From NCBI GenBank assembly GCA_012295275.1, contig CM022670.1:19034001-19098000 (forward strand): DNA of 64,000 nucleotides. The letters run 5' to 3'. Below the pieces are notes generated by a model, which did not search any database, was not told the DNA's origin, and worked only from the letters and a program-made list of their open reading frames with translations. Source of the DNA: Chrysomallon squamiferum. Taxonomy: Eukaryota; Animalia; Mollusca. Shown in pieces: positions 1-14,225 of this stretch. The first letter of the stretch is position 1; each line of letters starts with the position of its first letter. A program made the translations under genes and the position numbers.

Positions 1-3000
1 TTGAACTTCAGTGGAAATCTAAGTATGTCATTACGTTTTTGCGCTAAGCTTTTGTTCAAAAAAAGTTAGACAATAAAACAATATTTAATGGTTTTAAAAT
101 TGTAGAACAGGGGCGTAAGATGTCGGTGTACCCTTTTAGCCTTTTCCAATTGCAACCCGTTTTTAAAACCTGGGGTATTTATTTTTCGTACAGTGGTAAC
201 CTTCATATAAAATATTCTTTGCTGCTAATTAATATCAACTCAAAGAATACGAGGAAGAGAATTATAACTAGAAATATATATATATATATATATATTTTTA
301 ATATATAAACTCTGATTATTACCTTTATTTCAAGTTGGTGAAATTTTCAAAAAAATGGGGAGGTATTGTAAGTTAATTTGAATGTAATAATATCTATGCC
401 TTATTATTATTATATATTAAGAGTGATGAAAAAGAAAACCTGTTGTTTTAACAATTTGACAGTCTGATTAAGAAGGAAATATTGTTGTTATTAATAATTC
501 GGAAATTTATTTATTAAATTCACTCGTTCTGAATTTCGATGACAATAAACAAAACGGGCATCAAAAGAAAATTATTTTTCTTGCAAAATTTATTGACTAC
601 AAATTGGTATAGTCCACAGAGAATAAATTCTGGATGTTCACGTATCCTTCGCTAATAGGAACCGTCTGTAAGATCAGGAAGTTCTTTCGTAATCAAAGGA
701 AATTGTCTGTTAATTTATCATTGCAGACGACACATATGCGCCGAGGTGTTTCCCTGTACAGTGTAATTATTTTGTGTTCATGGCTGTACATAAAAAATTG
801 GTTCTAACTAATTTGTGTGTGTGCATATTTGTGTTTGTGTGTGTGTGTATATATGTATGTGTGTGTGTATGTGTATGTATATATGAATATCACATTCCTA
901 CGTGTGTGTGTGTGTTTGTGTATCTATGTATACATGTATGTTTGTAAGTACTATGCATGTGTGCACATATCACTGTAAATATATAAGTACGTCTGAATTT
1001 GATTATGTACGTATATATGTTTGTACGTGCATGTGTACTTGTGTATGTGTGTGTATAAATATGTACATACTTAATTATCATTATTACTATAGTTATCTAA
1101 TGAGGCTGTTAACCTTAATTCCGGAATAAACACCAAAAATAATAATCACGTTTTTGTTTTTCCTTTCTTTATTCATTAGTTGTTTCTATTATGTATTTCC
1201 AAAATAACATTTCATGCATGAAACAGTGCTGAAAACCTTCACTACATCTGTTTCGTGTTCCACTACGTTATGCCTCATTTAAAAACTCATCATCTCCCTA
1301 GTGCATTGACCATGGCTATTATTCGTTTTGTTAACAACACCATTACGAGTGAATTAGTGCCAGTTTTCAATTCTGAAGCAGACGAAGCTTGAATGATTCA
1401 GAACATATAGACTTATTAACATTCCTAGATGTTTGCTCTTCATGCAACTCTTTATGGGCAGTGGTTATGGGTCTATACCTCAAGACCAATTTCTGAATTA
1501 ATTTTTACTGACATCTTTAGATATTTAATGTTCACGATACATTTTTTTGTGTGTTTCTGTTAGGATTAATTTCGACAAACCAAAGAACTGCAACCGCATT
1601 TGCTCCTGTATAAGTCCCATTAATTTGTACACATATTCCATATATAAAGTTGTAGTGCAGCACGGTAAGTTTAACATCCAGAATTATTGAATGAAACGAT
1701 ATTTATTATTAATTTTGATGTTCCGAGTAGTTTTTGTCCTGTCTCGTTGAGCTCCAGACTGGCAATTTCTAGGATATAAGCCTTCTTCCTATTCCTATCC
1801 ACAAATATTGCATAGGTTTAGGTTATTGGTTATAGTCTATACCTCAATATCAATTTCTCTATTGATATTTATTGTCTGAAAAGATTTAGATTGTTTCATG
1901 CTTATTTTGTAAACTTATTACAGAGGTTTGGGGAAATTACACCCTTACTTCTCTTAATTAATATTCCTGTACTCAAACCGTTGGAGAAAATATTTGGTTA
2001 ATGCATAATTCTTTCTTCAGTAATGCACGGTGCTTTAACTGTATAAAACATAATGCAAAATTACATTTTTGAAAATGAAAAAGAAAGGAAAAAATGTTTT
2101 GCAGCAGTTTTTTTTTCATTCTTCCAGAGGCCTTCTGTATAAATACTGTTTTAACTTTTTGCATCAGCCATAATTGCTCTTTTAACCTATGGTACTCGCG
2201 TACCCCACTGCTGTGATACATTAACACAAATTCAGACCTGTTCAGACAGCCAAACAATTCCGTGCTTGAACATCCAATAAATGTAAGAATGAATCAATTA
2301 ACTGATTAACTGACTGTTTGAAAACAAACTGACGACAGAAATGTATTTTACAATGTAAAAAAAAATAATAATAATTATATACATTTAATATTTATTTTGA
2401 AGTTTAGATGGTATGTTTATTTTTAGATTTTTTATATATTATCATAAAACTGCTTGCATTTACTAAAAATAATTAATCATACTGTTATAATTTTATTAGG
2501 CTTGTGAAGGTTTTTTTAAAAGAAACATTCTTGATTTTTTTTCACTCATCACTATTCCTATCTTTAAATTTAATAATTTAGAGACTTAATTTTAAAAAAC
2601 AAAAATTGCATATTTGTCTATGATTTAAATGAAGGTCCCGAACCTTTTATCCGGCTGTTACTGAAACTAGCTATTACTGCATTCGATGGGCTTCGTTTTA
2701 GTTTCCTTGACGTCAGTTCAACTAAGACTGTTGCTGTGTAGAGATGATCCTATCACAATAAATTAAATAACATGTTTCAGTCTGATCTCATTTTTTATTA
2801 TTATCATGTCTACAAAGACAAATGGACTACAACTTGTTAGTGAAAAGCGAATTCTGTATACGTATTTTAAGACCTTTACGTGAATTAATATAAATCAAAC
2901 CGACCCTTCTTTAGAGATGTATTAATTTATTTACGTTAAATACGGTTTCATTCTTTGTTTTTCGTTCTTTATATTATATCTGAAGTAAAGATTTAGTTTG

Positions 3001-3620
3001 AATTCAGTAATCCCGACAACTGCCGGGTAAATAGTTCGATACCTGTATACATTCTTATTTAATACTTTAGAGAAGTTAACAAAATTTCACTGTCTCGAAT
3101 TCAAAATTAAAATCGTGAGATTCCTCTGAACAATGACTGGTGTTTTAACAACTGGCAATGGCGGACGATAAAATGTTCACGACAGAAAATGAAAATAAAT
3201 ATCAATAAACTGCCTAGCAAGTTCGTTATAAATTGATTTTCATAAGTGCTGCACCTGTCTCCGCCTGACATCAAATTGCTATTCTCTCGATGCTCGATTG
3301 AACTCGCTGTTGACCTATCTGTTGTTGTGCTGCTGTTGTTGTTGTTGGTAAGTTTCGTCTACGATCTTCAAGGTTATGTGTTTCTATTTTACAGTTGCTT
3401 TGCTCAAACAAGCCAATTCAGTGAAAAGACAATACATCTTCTATGATCACTGTGACGCACTGACGTCTTCACCGAATTTTCTTTTGTACGTATGTACAAA
3501 AGTGGACATACCCACCAGACGCACATATACACGCTCTCTATATACAAACAAATATAGACATAAAGGCCTTGCAGACTAAGACACAGATACAAATATACAG
3601 ATAAATACAAACACATACCT

Positions 3621-3624
<4 letters not shown>

Positions 3625-3675
<51 letters not shown>

Positions 3676-3705
3676 CACATATACACATATGTACACACAC
3701 ACACA
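3625..3705. repeat. (CA)n microsatellite
   Basis: Direct reading. Confidence 0.95.
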
Positions 3706-3974
3706 TTGGTGACGTGATTATCAAGACTGGGTTTCAGAGTTTCTGTCTTCTGTAAGACAAATTAAATTTTATTAAAGTAACCCGACAATGTGACAGAATA
3801 ACAGTCTGAATATAAGTACAAACATAAATAAATAAATATTTGAATTGCTTATGTTTCTTCAGTATGTCTTCTTCTTCCAAGTTTTGCAAGCCTGTGCTGA
3901 ACACAATTATTTTTAAAAGATACATTCTATACAGTTCTTCTTCTTATTTATTTATTTAATTAATTAATTAATTA

Positions 3975-4012
<38 letters not shown>

Positions 4013-4657
4013 GTAAAATATTCATTCGAATATTTTTTCTAAAATTTATTTGTTCAGTATCGTTGAAATTAAATTGATTTTGTGTTTTAAAAAATCATAA
4101 TAATAAAATAACTACATAAACAAGCAACTAAATAAATAAATAAATAAATAATAAACAGCAAAACAAAACACAAAGTAACAAAAATAAAACAAGAAGAAGA
4201 AAAAAATAACAAGAAAGAAAAATAACAAATACATTTTCTCAACGCATAAAGACTACAAAAAATAACATTTTATTTTAGGTGCAGAAAATTCAGTTTCAGA
4301 AAACTGATTACTACGTGAAATACAGGAAAGGACCTCGAGACCTTTCGGTATCCGCTTGTCAGACATATTATGTCTTTACAATGCAGATGCTGACCTTTGC
4401 AAGGAATGCTGCCTGAACACATTATGAGATCGAGCTAATAACTTTATCGATACTGGAATATACAGCAATCAGCCCAAGAACGTGGGCTTTCAATTTTTTT
4501 CTTCTCTTTTTCATTTTTTATACCGGAAACTAATACAGGCTTAAGGGGGGGGGGAATTAATAATAAAATGAATGTAAGTGAGGTAAAAAATTAATAATAA
4601 TAAAACAAAGGAACAGAAGAAGAAGAAGAAGCCATGGGCTTCTGTAATAATAATAAT

Positions 4658-4697
<40 letters not shown>

Positions 4698-4804
4698 GAA
4701 GTAATCTAGAGTCTCACTATTTAACTTTTGATATAAACATGACTGAAGGGTCAATTCAAAAGTTTAAAAGTTAGTAAAAAAACATTATTATTACCTTTTT
4801 TTTT

Positions 4805-4845
<41 letters not shown>

Positions 4846-5497
4846 CAATGGTTTATCTTTCATCTTCTTTTCCCTTTTTAGTTCTCTGAATATTATAATA
4901 TTTAATGCAAATTCAACAGATCGTAAGACGTACTGAATTTTTTGCAATTTACTTTTCATTTTTTTTTTTTATTCTTGCATTGATTTTTTTTTTTTTTTTT
5001 TTTTTGTTATTGGGTCCTAAACCTCAGCAATCTTCTTCTAAGACCTCGAAACCAAACACAGAAACATAAACAGATTAAAATAAACCATTGAGCATTCTAC
5101 CATTTAAAGCGTCTAACCAACGCGTCTCTGTCATTCGATTTAAGATGAGATTAAAAGTATCGAAAACTGAGGCGGTTCCTGGTTTGCTAAAAAGGTGAAC
5201 CGTCATTCTGATTGATGTAACTTCCAGGAAAAACAAATTTTTATAATAAATGGAAGGAAAATAAAAAAAAAAAAAAAAAAAAAAAAAATGACATTTATAT
5301 GCGAGTAAAATGCGACAAGTATTCTAACAACAGTTAAAAAGAAAAAAAAAAAGAAAGAAAAAGCATAATTCCCTAACAACGTGCTATTGGGAGAAAATTT
5401 CTAATAAAAAAGATTTTACAGATATTTGACTATTTCCATTTCTCTGCTATTTAATAAAGCACTTCATTCAGTGTGCCTGTTACGTTTACGCAGAAAC

Positions 5498-5552
5498 AAT
5501 TCAAGCTATATTAAGAGAATTCAAGCTATATTAAGAGAATTCAAGCTATATT
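5498..5552. repeat. 20-bp tandem repeat x~2.7
   Basis: aattcaagctatattaagag repeated directly. Confidence 0.9.
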
Positions 5553-5824
5553 TAAGGAATCTCTAAGTAATATTAAGCTAGAACAAAGTTTCTCGGCCAT
5601 GTAAGCTTTGTAATTGCGAACTTAGCGAAAAAGCACGCAGTTCATTTCGTCTAAATCGAATATGCCGCATAATAAAATGTAACCTATCTTGGTTATTTAT
5701 CGGAGTGGAACTAATTTCGGATATGAATATCTCATCCAACAGTATAATGTGTGTGACAAAATAATGAAAGAAAAGAAAAAGTAAAAACATCCTCTTCCAT
5801 CACAAAATATATTCTGCAACAAAT

Positions 5825-5826
<2 letters not shown>

Positions 5827-5884
<58 letters not shown>
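5827..5884. repeat. (AAT)n microsatellite
   Basis: Direct reading; produces the spurious poly-Leu ORF. Confidence 0.95.
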
Positions 5885-5885
<1 letters not shown>

Positions 5886-6088
5886 ATGCATAGATACGTA
5901 CATACATACATACATGCACACTCATATATACAAAAGAAGTAAATAAATCAGCTTTCAGAATTCTGAATGACCATTATGCAACAAGCACAGTTTATATTAA
6001 AAGCAACTAAAATGGCTTATTTATTTTTCGAAACGAGTTGCCTCGTATGAATATATTCTATATAAATAAAAGTGAACATGTATGTGTT

Positions 6089-6122
<34 letters not shown>

Positions 6123-6559
6123 CTTCTATTTGTGAGTGAGCAAAACATTCTGACAAAAGAAACTTAAATGGGACTCTAATATCGGCGATGTCCATTGTTT
6201 CGAGCGAGGACGTCTAACGTCTTTAGTTAACAATCTAAGTTATAATTTGCATAATTTATGTTAATTTAATAACGCAATGTGTCTTGTTAGATAATGTAAT
6301 ATTACGTCACGTGAAACGAATAATGTTGCAGCAGTACGCGTCGTAATCTATTCTCGACCAAAGAAGTAATCATTCTTAGAAAAGTGTAATTAAGAAGGAA
6401 AAGAAATTTTTTTTTATTTAATCCTTTGACAAAGAATCAATATATATTTATGTCTTTAAAATATATAAATGTTTGAAATAGACATAATTTATTGTTTTCA
6501 TACCAAATGAAAAAACCCCAAACAAACAAATAAAAGAAAAAAGAAAATAAATAAAATAA

Positions 6560-6602
<43 letters not shown>

Positions 6603-6863
6603 CTGTAAACCCTGTTGCCTTACAGGGTCAAAATAATTGTGACAGTTATGTTATAGCTTTTATTGTACAATCCAGTAAATTGTTTACTGATTAAAATTAG
6701 TGTGTTTTTTGTTTTTATTTATTTATTTATTTATTTATTTGTTTGTTTATTGTTTTATTACTTTTATAATTCAAGCAGATGATGTTTGATTGTCATTTAT
6801 ATATCACGTTAATCTAATTATTAATTTAATTCAGTTATGATGGATAATGATTATTTAAAAAAA

Positions 6864-6901
<38 letters not shown>

Positions 6902-6959
6902 CGGTTGTTATTATTTAATCAACAAATCTTGACTTCTTTTCAAATGGTCATTTAAGAAT

Positions 6960-7260
6960 GATTTGCTGCGAAAATAAATTTTACAGAAAGTAAAGTTGTC
7001 GTCAGACTCCATCAATACGTCTGTACGAAATAGATAAGACAACAGTTGACCTGAAGCAACGACAGTTTCCAATTGTTTGCACGATCATTAGTTTTAGACA
7101 AATTAAATGTGTTACGCCGCAAGCGTCGGTTGATTGTGATTGGAGAATATCCCAAAGTGCCCTTTGTCAAACGTGTTAGTCGTTAATGAACAATTCTGTG
7201 AAAAATGGCTGCTAACGTTATTGGGTTTTAATTTTAATGACCTTCTTGAATGTCATATGA
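6960..7260 (+). promoter_or_regulatory. Promoter-like CpG-retaining segment
   Basis: High CpG density, reverse CCAAT (ATTGG 7139-7143) and YY1-like AAAATGGCTGC (7202-7212), immediately before CpG depletion begins. Confidence 0.4.
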
Positions 7261-7286
7261 CGAAGTGTCTTTAATAAAATGCATTT

Positions 7287-7332
<46 letters not shown>

Positions 7333-7382
7333 TCGGTATAATGATTAGTAGTAGTAGTATTAGTAGCAGTTCAAGTTTTGCT

Positions 7383-7575
7383 TCATTCCTTTTTCCTTTT
7401 TATTTTTTTTTTTTTTTTTTATATTTCATTCATTTTTCATTTTTTTTTTTTTTATATTTCATTCCTTTTTCATTTTTTTTTTATATATATATATATTTCA
7501 TTCCTTTTTCATTTTTTTTTTTTTATATTTCATTCTTTTTTCATTTATAATTTTTATATTTCATTCATTTTTTTC
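7383..7575. repeat. Degenerate T-rich minisatellite (~31-bp unit, ~5-6 copies)
   Basis: Recurring atatttcattc(c/a)ttttt-cattttttttttt unit. Confidence 0.8.
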
Positions 7576-8392
7576 TTTACTTGATCTTCAATTTAAGTTA
7601 CCATGATGATGAAAATCAGTATTCAGAAATCATTTATTCACTCCTGAGCATTTTGAGGCTACTCATTAACATAGGTCTATTCTACCATCAGTATCTCAAA
7701 AATGAAAATAATAAATGAATTTATATTTTAAGAAATGTTGCGTTTGCTAATTTTTAAATTTTGTTTTACACTTAAATAATGTTTTTTTTTTCTTACAATC
7801 ATCCTGGCATATTTTTAGTTCTGATGACCATGAGACATCTAGATTAATAATAAAAATTAAAAAAAATTAAAAAAATAAAAAATGTTTTATTATTTTCAGC
7901 AACCTTTGTAGGCTGTTTAACTGTCTTTGAATCTCTGTGGTTTGATATATACATAGATGGTTACATATGTGATAAATTTAACACTTTTCATAATTTATTA
8001 ATTTTTTTCTGATTATACCAAATATTATCTCTGGATATGGAAAATTTTCTATCTGCAAGTGTCTGTGAGAAATATTTTTGCAGATTAAAGAGCAGGTCTG
8101 AAGATAATGTGTTGCAGATCAATGCTCCACATTTCCAGTTCACATAAATGTTTTTGGGATGGTGTATGTAGGTAAGTGTTTGTATGTTTGTGTGTCCTTG
8201 ACCACAAATCATGATAAGAAATATCAATTTTTAATTACACCTTTAATGTTGGTACTCATGTTGAAATTTAAGAATCTCAACAATAAATATATTTAAAAAT
8301 CAAAAACGAAAATTCTGTTATTATTGTTATGGATCAAGTGTTGATCAGAAGATATAAAAAATTAAAACTGAACAAGGATTTTATAATGACCC

Positions 8393-8440
<48 letters not shown>

Positions 8441-11400
8441 ATATGTATGAAGATTGATAAATGTGCTTGAATCTTATCTGATGTAAATATATTTCAGATG
8501 GCTTAATTATTAGTTTCCAGGTAGGTTCTTGATCCATATGTTAATGGTGATTTTCCTAGTATCAAAAACTGATGACTGCAACATTTCATCTCAGAATCCA
8601 ATTAAATGTGTAAATATCAAAATATTTAAATCAAAGGACTATTCACTTTGTTGTCTGATGTAAAATGCATGAACTAAATGAACTTCATGTATTACAAGTT
8701 TTCTGTCACAGCACATTCCCATATCTGCTCTTCAGTGTGAGTAAAATCCTGAGATTTAATCTCTAGCTTTTTACTTTGAAATTCTTAGTAAAGAAATCAT
8801 TACTTTGATCACAGTGCCATTAGCCTTAAATGAACTTGTACCAAGATGAGAGGAAAAACAATTCTTGATGTTATCAGTAAAATAGCATACCATTATAATC
8901 TTTGCATTTCAATACATCATCATTAGCATCATATTCGAATATACCATTTATAACCTTTGCAGTTCAGCAAAAGAAAAGATTCTGTATCACATTGCATATA
9001 AAATCCAAGAGATTAAATAGAAAAGATGAATGACTACAAAAGTGATACTAATAATTTGCTGAAATTAAATATATCATTAATGAGGTAGTAGGGTACAATT
9101 ATTTTGGATGGAGGTCTGAAAGATGTCAATAAGTCATTGTCTCTGGTAAATCAAAATTTAACAGTTGTTTTGGAAAGGGATTCCATGTGTAGATTTGGTG
9201 AATTACTTTAGTGAGAGGTTAATTGTTAATGTATTTTGTTAATATTTTGTTAAGTTTCCAGAAATCTCAGATTTCTATACCAGCATTCAGTTAATGAAAT
9301 CTGTACATTGATAAAACCAAATATTTTAAAATTCTATCCACCTTTTTCTTTATTTGTTTTATTTCTTAAAATCCTGGAAATTCCAAATAATATTGTAAAT
9401 ATGTTTTGAAATCTTTGACCCATTAATGGTATCTTGCATTTACTTCTGCTAAACATTTGTGAAAAAGAGCAAGACCTAAACCATATCTTTCATAGGCCAG
9501 TGCTGGATGCAGTCGTGATATATGTAACTTCTATAAACAGAAACACTCTTACAGTTAGACAGTCCAATCTGACTTTTCCTTTTTTATATCTTGGTTCTGC
9601 CACTAGTATACATAAATTCTTCTTTTACTGGAAGCACTGCAATATCTAAACCATGCCTTTCATAATCTGATTAATTAAGTGAAGGGCAGAATATGTAGTG
9701 AGACAGCAAATTATTTCTGTAAAAATATTCATGTTATATAAGCCAATAATTACTCAGACAGCATTAGCATTAAATCAATATATCCCTAGTGTGTGTATAA
9801 TAAAACTGTTATGCCTGTGTCCACTATTCATGCAGAAACCCTTGGTCCTTTGCATCGATCGTTAATTAAAAATAGATAAACAGTGAACACCTGTAATTAC
9901 TGGCAAAGGACGCATTTAATATGCAATAATATAAACAGCAGGGATTCATTAAGTGCCCAGTTATTATTACACAGCTTATCCTTTCTGACATCAGCTTTTG
10001 TGGAAAGTGGACAACTTATTCCAAGGTGTATATTCATGAATGCACAGAGATAATTGCATTTAATATTCTTATAATTTCTATATTGATTTTTGTTTATTTT
10101 GTATTCAATTTGAATAGTGTATTTGAATATTTTCATCCTATTTTCTTTTTTTTTTTGCTGAATGAAATGGTAAGATGAGCAGATTAAAGAACAGAAAAAG
10201 CAAAATGCTCATATGAAGGGTTAAAAAGACAAATTAGCAATATCCTAGCACATTATTAATTCTGTTTGTTAGATCTAATTTGGCAATAAGGTTTAACAGA
10301 GGACACAGCATCACAGGCTAATCTGATTAATAAACAGCAAGCAGGCTTCTGTGTTCTGCTCATCAAGCCAGGAAACCATTGCCACAGAGTCTTTAAACAA
10401 TGCATGGAAAAGGAAAATTGCCCATTCCATGAACTATAAGCTGTTTTAGGAAAATGAAAAACAATTTATTTTGTTGAGATCTATCCAAATCTATAAAACT
10501 GGATCTATTACTGGAAGTGTTATCTACCAATTTATCTGTTCATACCAATGTAGTAAAAAAACAGGTTGAGAATAATTTCAAAAAAAAGAAGAAAATTAAT
10601 GACAACATTTATCTAACCATTATATGTTCAGTGACAGTGATCAAACTTTTGTACACAAGTATCCAGCTAATGTAGGCAGATGAATATAATACACAATCAT
10701 CAAATCAATATAGGTTCATGGATATCATTAAATTCCTTGAAAAGTTTACAGTAATTATACCAAGTCAAAAATATTAATTACTTTAAATTGGTAGCTGAGA
10801 AGACAAAATATTTTTCAAATAATTTCTTAAATGGCTTTTTCTTTTCCCCTTATTATTATTATTATTACTATCATCTTTTTTTTTTTGTTATTATTATTAT
10901 TATTTCTTAATCTTTTAAAGGAAAGAAAAATGATGTAACTTTATGTCCATCTAAAAATAAATTTTTAAATGATTCATTCCTAAAATTTCCTTTCCCCTAT
11001 TTTGGCATTGTACTTAAACGAGAAAATATTGACACCCCCAAAAAAAAAAACCCAACATATTTTTCTTTTTTGAGTGGGAAAGAAAGAAAAAGGAAAGCAA
11101 GAAACCTGAAACTCCTAAAATATTAAAACTGGAATTACATGAACTAACATTCTGCCAGTGTTTAAATCAACTTACTCCTGAGAATGAAGCAAGGATAAAA
11201 AAACCAAAAATAACAAAAAAAAAAACTAAAAATATCATGAGATCACAGCAAATATCACAGAGCTCTCAGTGTGCTATAGATGAATATCACAGACATAAAC
11301 CATGGAATTAATGTAAATATGAAGAATTGAATCAATATATTTTTTTGGAGAGAAAAGTCCAGAGAGAATTCAGAGTTCTGAATTGTTGCCTGGTGCCAGC

Positions 11401-11951
11401 ATGAATGTAATGGAATTTAAATAAAAAAATAGAGATTGCTAAAAGAAACAATTTTCCATCAAATAACAAAAACAAAAACAACAATCCAAATGTCTCTCCC
11501 CCAAATAATAATTCATTATAATATTAGACACTATTTTAATGAATACCCAATAAACTTTTTTTTTCCCCTATAGAACACATGAACAGGTTTGTTTTTCATT
11601 CTTTCAGTTTATATTTATTATTTCATACAACTTTAGAGGTTGTGTTTATTCTAGTTTAAATCATTTATAATGAAAAATTTAATCTTTTTACATCTGGTTT
11701 TTTTTATGCTTCATGGAGTGATGTTAATTCAGCTTTTGTTTTATAACTTGGTGCATGTTGCAGCAATAGCTTATATAAACTAACATTATATTTTTGTGTA
11801 AATGATTTGAAACAAAAATGATTGTATTGTACTGTATTCTATGTGATAGCACCAAACTGACCTACAAGACTATTATTGTTGTTTAGAAATGATAAAACTG
11901 ATATAACATTACTGGTCTGTAAAGTATGAATATTTATTCACACAATACACA

Positions 11952-11993
<42 letters not shown>

Positions 11994-12199
11994 GAGAAAC
12001 AGTGTGTCCTCGTAATATGCATACACACAATCAATTAACTGTGTTTTTAATTCAATCTCCACATTATCATCAGTGCCTGTTCCAAAACAACCTGTTATTG
12101 GGTCATGTGCATTATATATTTGTTTTAACAATGACAGGTAATATAATCGTTGCAACAGCTTTCACAGAAATGCAACTCTCTCATTATTATTTTCTACTA

Positions 12200-12232
<33 letters not shown>

Positions 12233-14091
12233 ACCTGCAAATTTAAATCTGAGTTTATCCAAAGATATTAATACATAAAGACAGACATCAGACATACACT
12301 GAACAGAAACAGATCTTTTCTGCATGGACAGCCATATTGATAATTTTATACCACTCACAGCCAATTTACATTAACTGATAAAAGTGAACATATTTCAGCA
12401 TGCATTTAATAACAAGTTAATAAATCTTTGTGCACGGTTGATAACAGTAGCAATAATGTTTCTTGTTATGGAGTTATCTTTGTAATTATGTTTACAACAA
12501 GCCTTATGCAGACAACAAAATTCATTTTGTTTAATTTTAGTTTTTATATATTAACATCTGAATTTCAGGAAAGCATCAAAAATCGTGTTTAGTGAAACAT
12601 ATTTCTACTTTTCTATGTACAGCTTATTCATTTCATAAACATATTTAGTAAAGCATCATTTTATTTTCCATGTGCACTGGTTTTAAACAGGTTGAATATT
12701 TTTCAATGGTACTGGCAATTTTATGATGTTTAGAGAAAAGAAATTAATACAAAAATATGAATAAACAAAAGGTAGTTGATATGTGTTGAAGCAATAAAAA
12801 TTATACCAATTAATAATAATAATAAATAATAATAATAATAATAATAATGGTAATAATAATTTTAATAAGAGATAAATAATTATAATAATAAAAATTAAAC
12901 AAGCAATAATATTAAAACAGAAAGTAAATGTATTTCTTTTCCATCAGTAATTCTATTGTTTCAAAAATAAATTATCTATCATTTATAACATTTATTTTGC
13001 ATAGTTTGTTGATTCTTTATATTTTTATTCTCTAAAGCTGGATTCTGCTGCCTTTAATAGTCTTTCAGTGGCAGCTAGGTTGGGAAAGAATGGAGAAAAA
13101 GGGGATTTCCAACTGGATAGTTCCTAAAATTCTCATTTGTAATTTGTTTTAACTTACACACAGGAAAATGTATTGCTGCTGGTATATTAATGTTGATAGC
13201 TCAATGTGCTATTTAGCATATAATAGGGGGAAAATAAAAATTACACACACACACACACACACACACACTCATATGCACACACATACACACACAAACATTG
13301 GAAAATAATCTGTGTTGAAAAGCATATATATGGCAAATATATATGTGTGTGTGTGGGTGGGTGGGTGGGTGGCTGGGTATGTATAAACTCACACACACAT
13401 ACAGACAGACATATACTGAAAAAGAACAATTAAAATACATTTTGAATAGCAAACAAACTGTTTAAAAAAAGAAAAAAGAAAGAAATTAAAATATACTGAA
13501 AAGAACAGTTAAAATTTTATATTGGTGTAATTTTGATTTAATTACTGTTCATTCTTTATATACCTCTACTCATGAATTTGGGTTGAAGGTTTGGGCAGGA
13601 GCTATTAACAAATATGAACAGAAATGGATTTAGAAACAAAAGTTGGTTTACTGATAAGGACACTAATCATCACTGAAATAAACAATAACTGTAGGACATA
13701 GCATTGGTACTCTAATGAATAATTAAAACAATCCTTATATGAAAATGGGCAAATCAACAGAATCTGGATGCAGAGATATGGAGTGTGATAAATTATGCTT
13801 GTACAGAAACAGTCATATTAACATAATCATATTATACAGTTGTATATGGTAAAAGAATTACATATAATATGCATATATAAAAGCATGTACGAAAACAAAA
13901 ATCCACTTTAAAACTTTAAAATGCTATTTACATTAATACAACATAACAAATTGTAATAAAACTAGTAATTTTCAACAGTAAACTAAACATCAACAAAACA
14001 AAACTTTCTATATTACATAATGGTTGCAAATTAATTGAAAGAACTATAGGGAAAGACTAGAAAAGACATCAAATATACATGATTATAAAAA

Positions 14092-14225
14092 TACAGTCAA
14101 ACCTAACCTAGTGGTCATTTTTATCCAAAGACCATTTGTGACAAAAAAAATAATAATTATTATTTTCCCATGCCATCTAATATAAGTTTAAATTGTCCTT
14201 TGTTAAAAAGCCACCTGTTTTAAAA
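14092..14225. mobile_element. Possible Tc1-mariner/pogo MITE terminal remnant
   Basis: Begins TA-CAGTCAAACCT..., with a later aaaagccacctg, typical of such MITE ends; no matching right TIR found. Confidence 0.35.

Noticed and set aside
890-1129. His/Thr- and Cys/Val-rich overlapping ORFs
   Set aside because: Degenerate (TG/TA)n microsatellite
5498-5552. Repeat superficially like a CRISPR array
   Set aside because: Direct tandem copies without spacers, in eukaryotic DNA
7603-7647. Possible C/D-box snoRNA (ATGATGA...CTGA)
   Set aside because: Too short, no terminal stem or recognisable guide sequence
9890-10420. Weak hairpins considered as pre-miRNAs
   Set aside because: Stems short or imperfect; no known mature miRNA recognised
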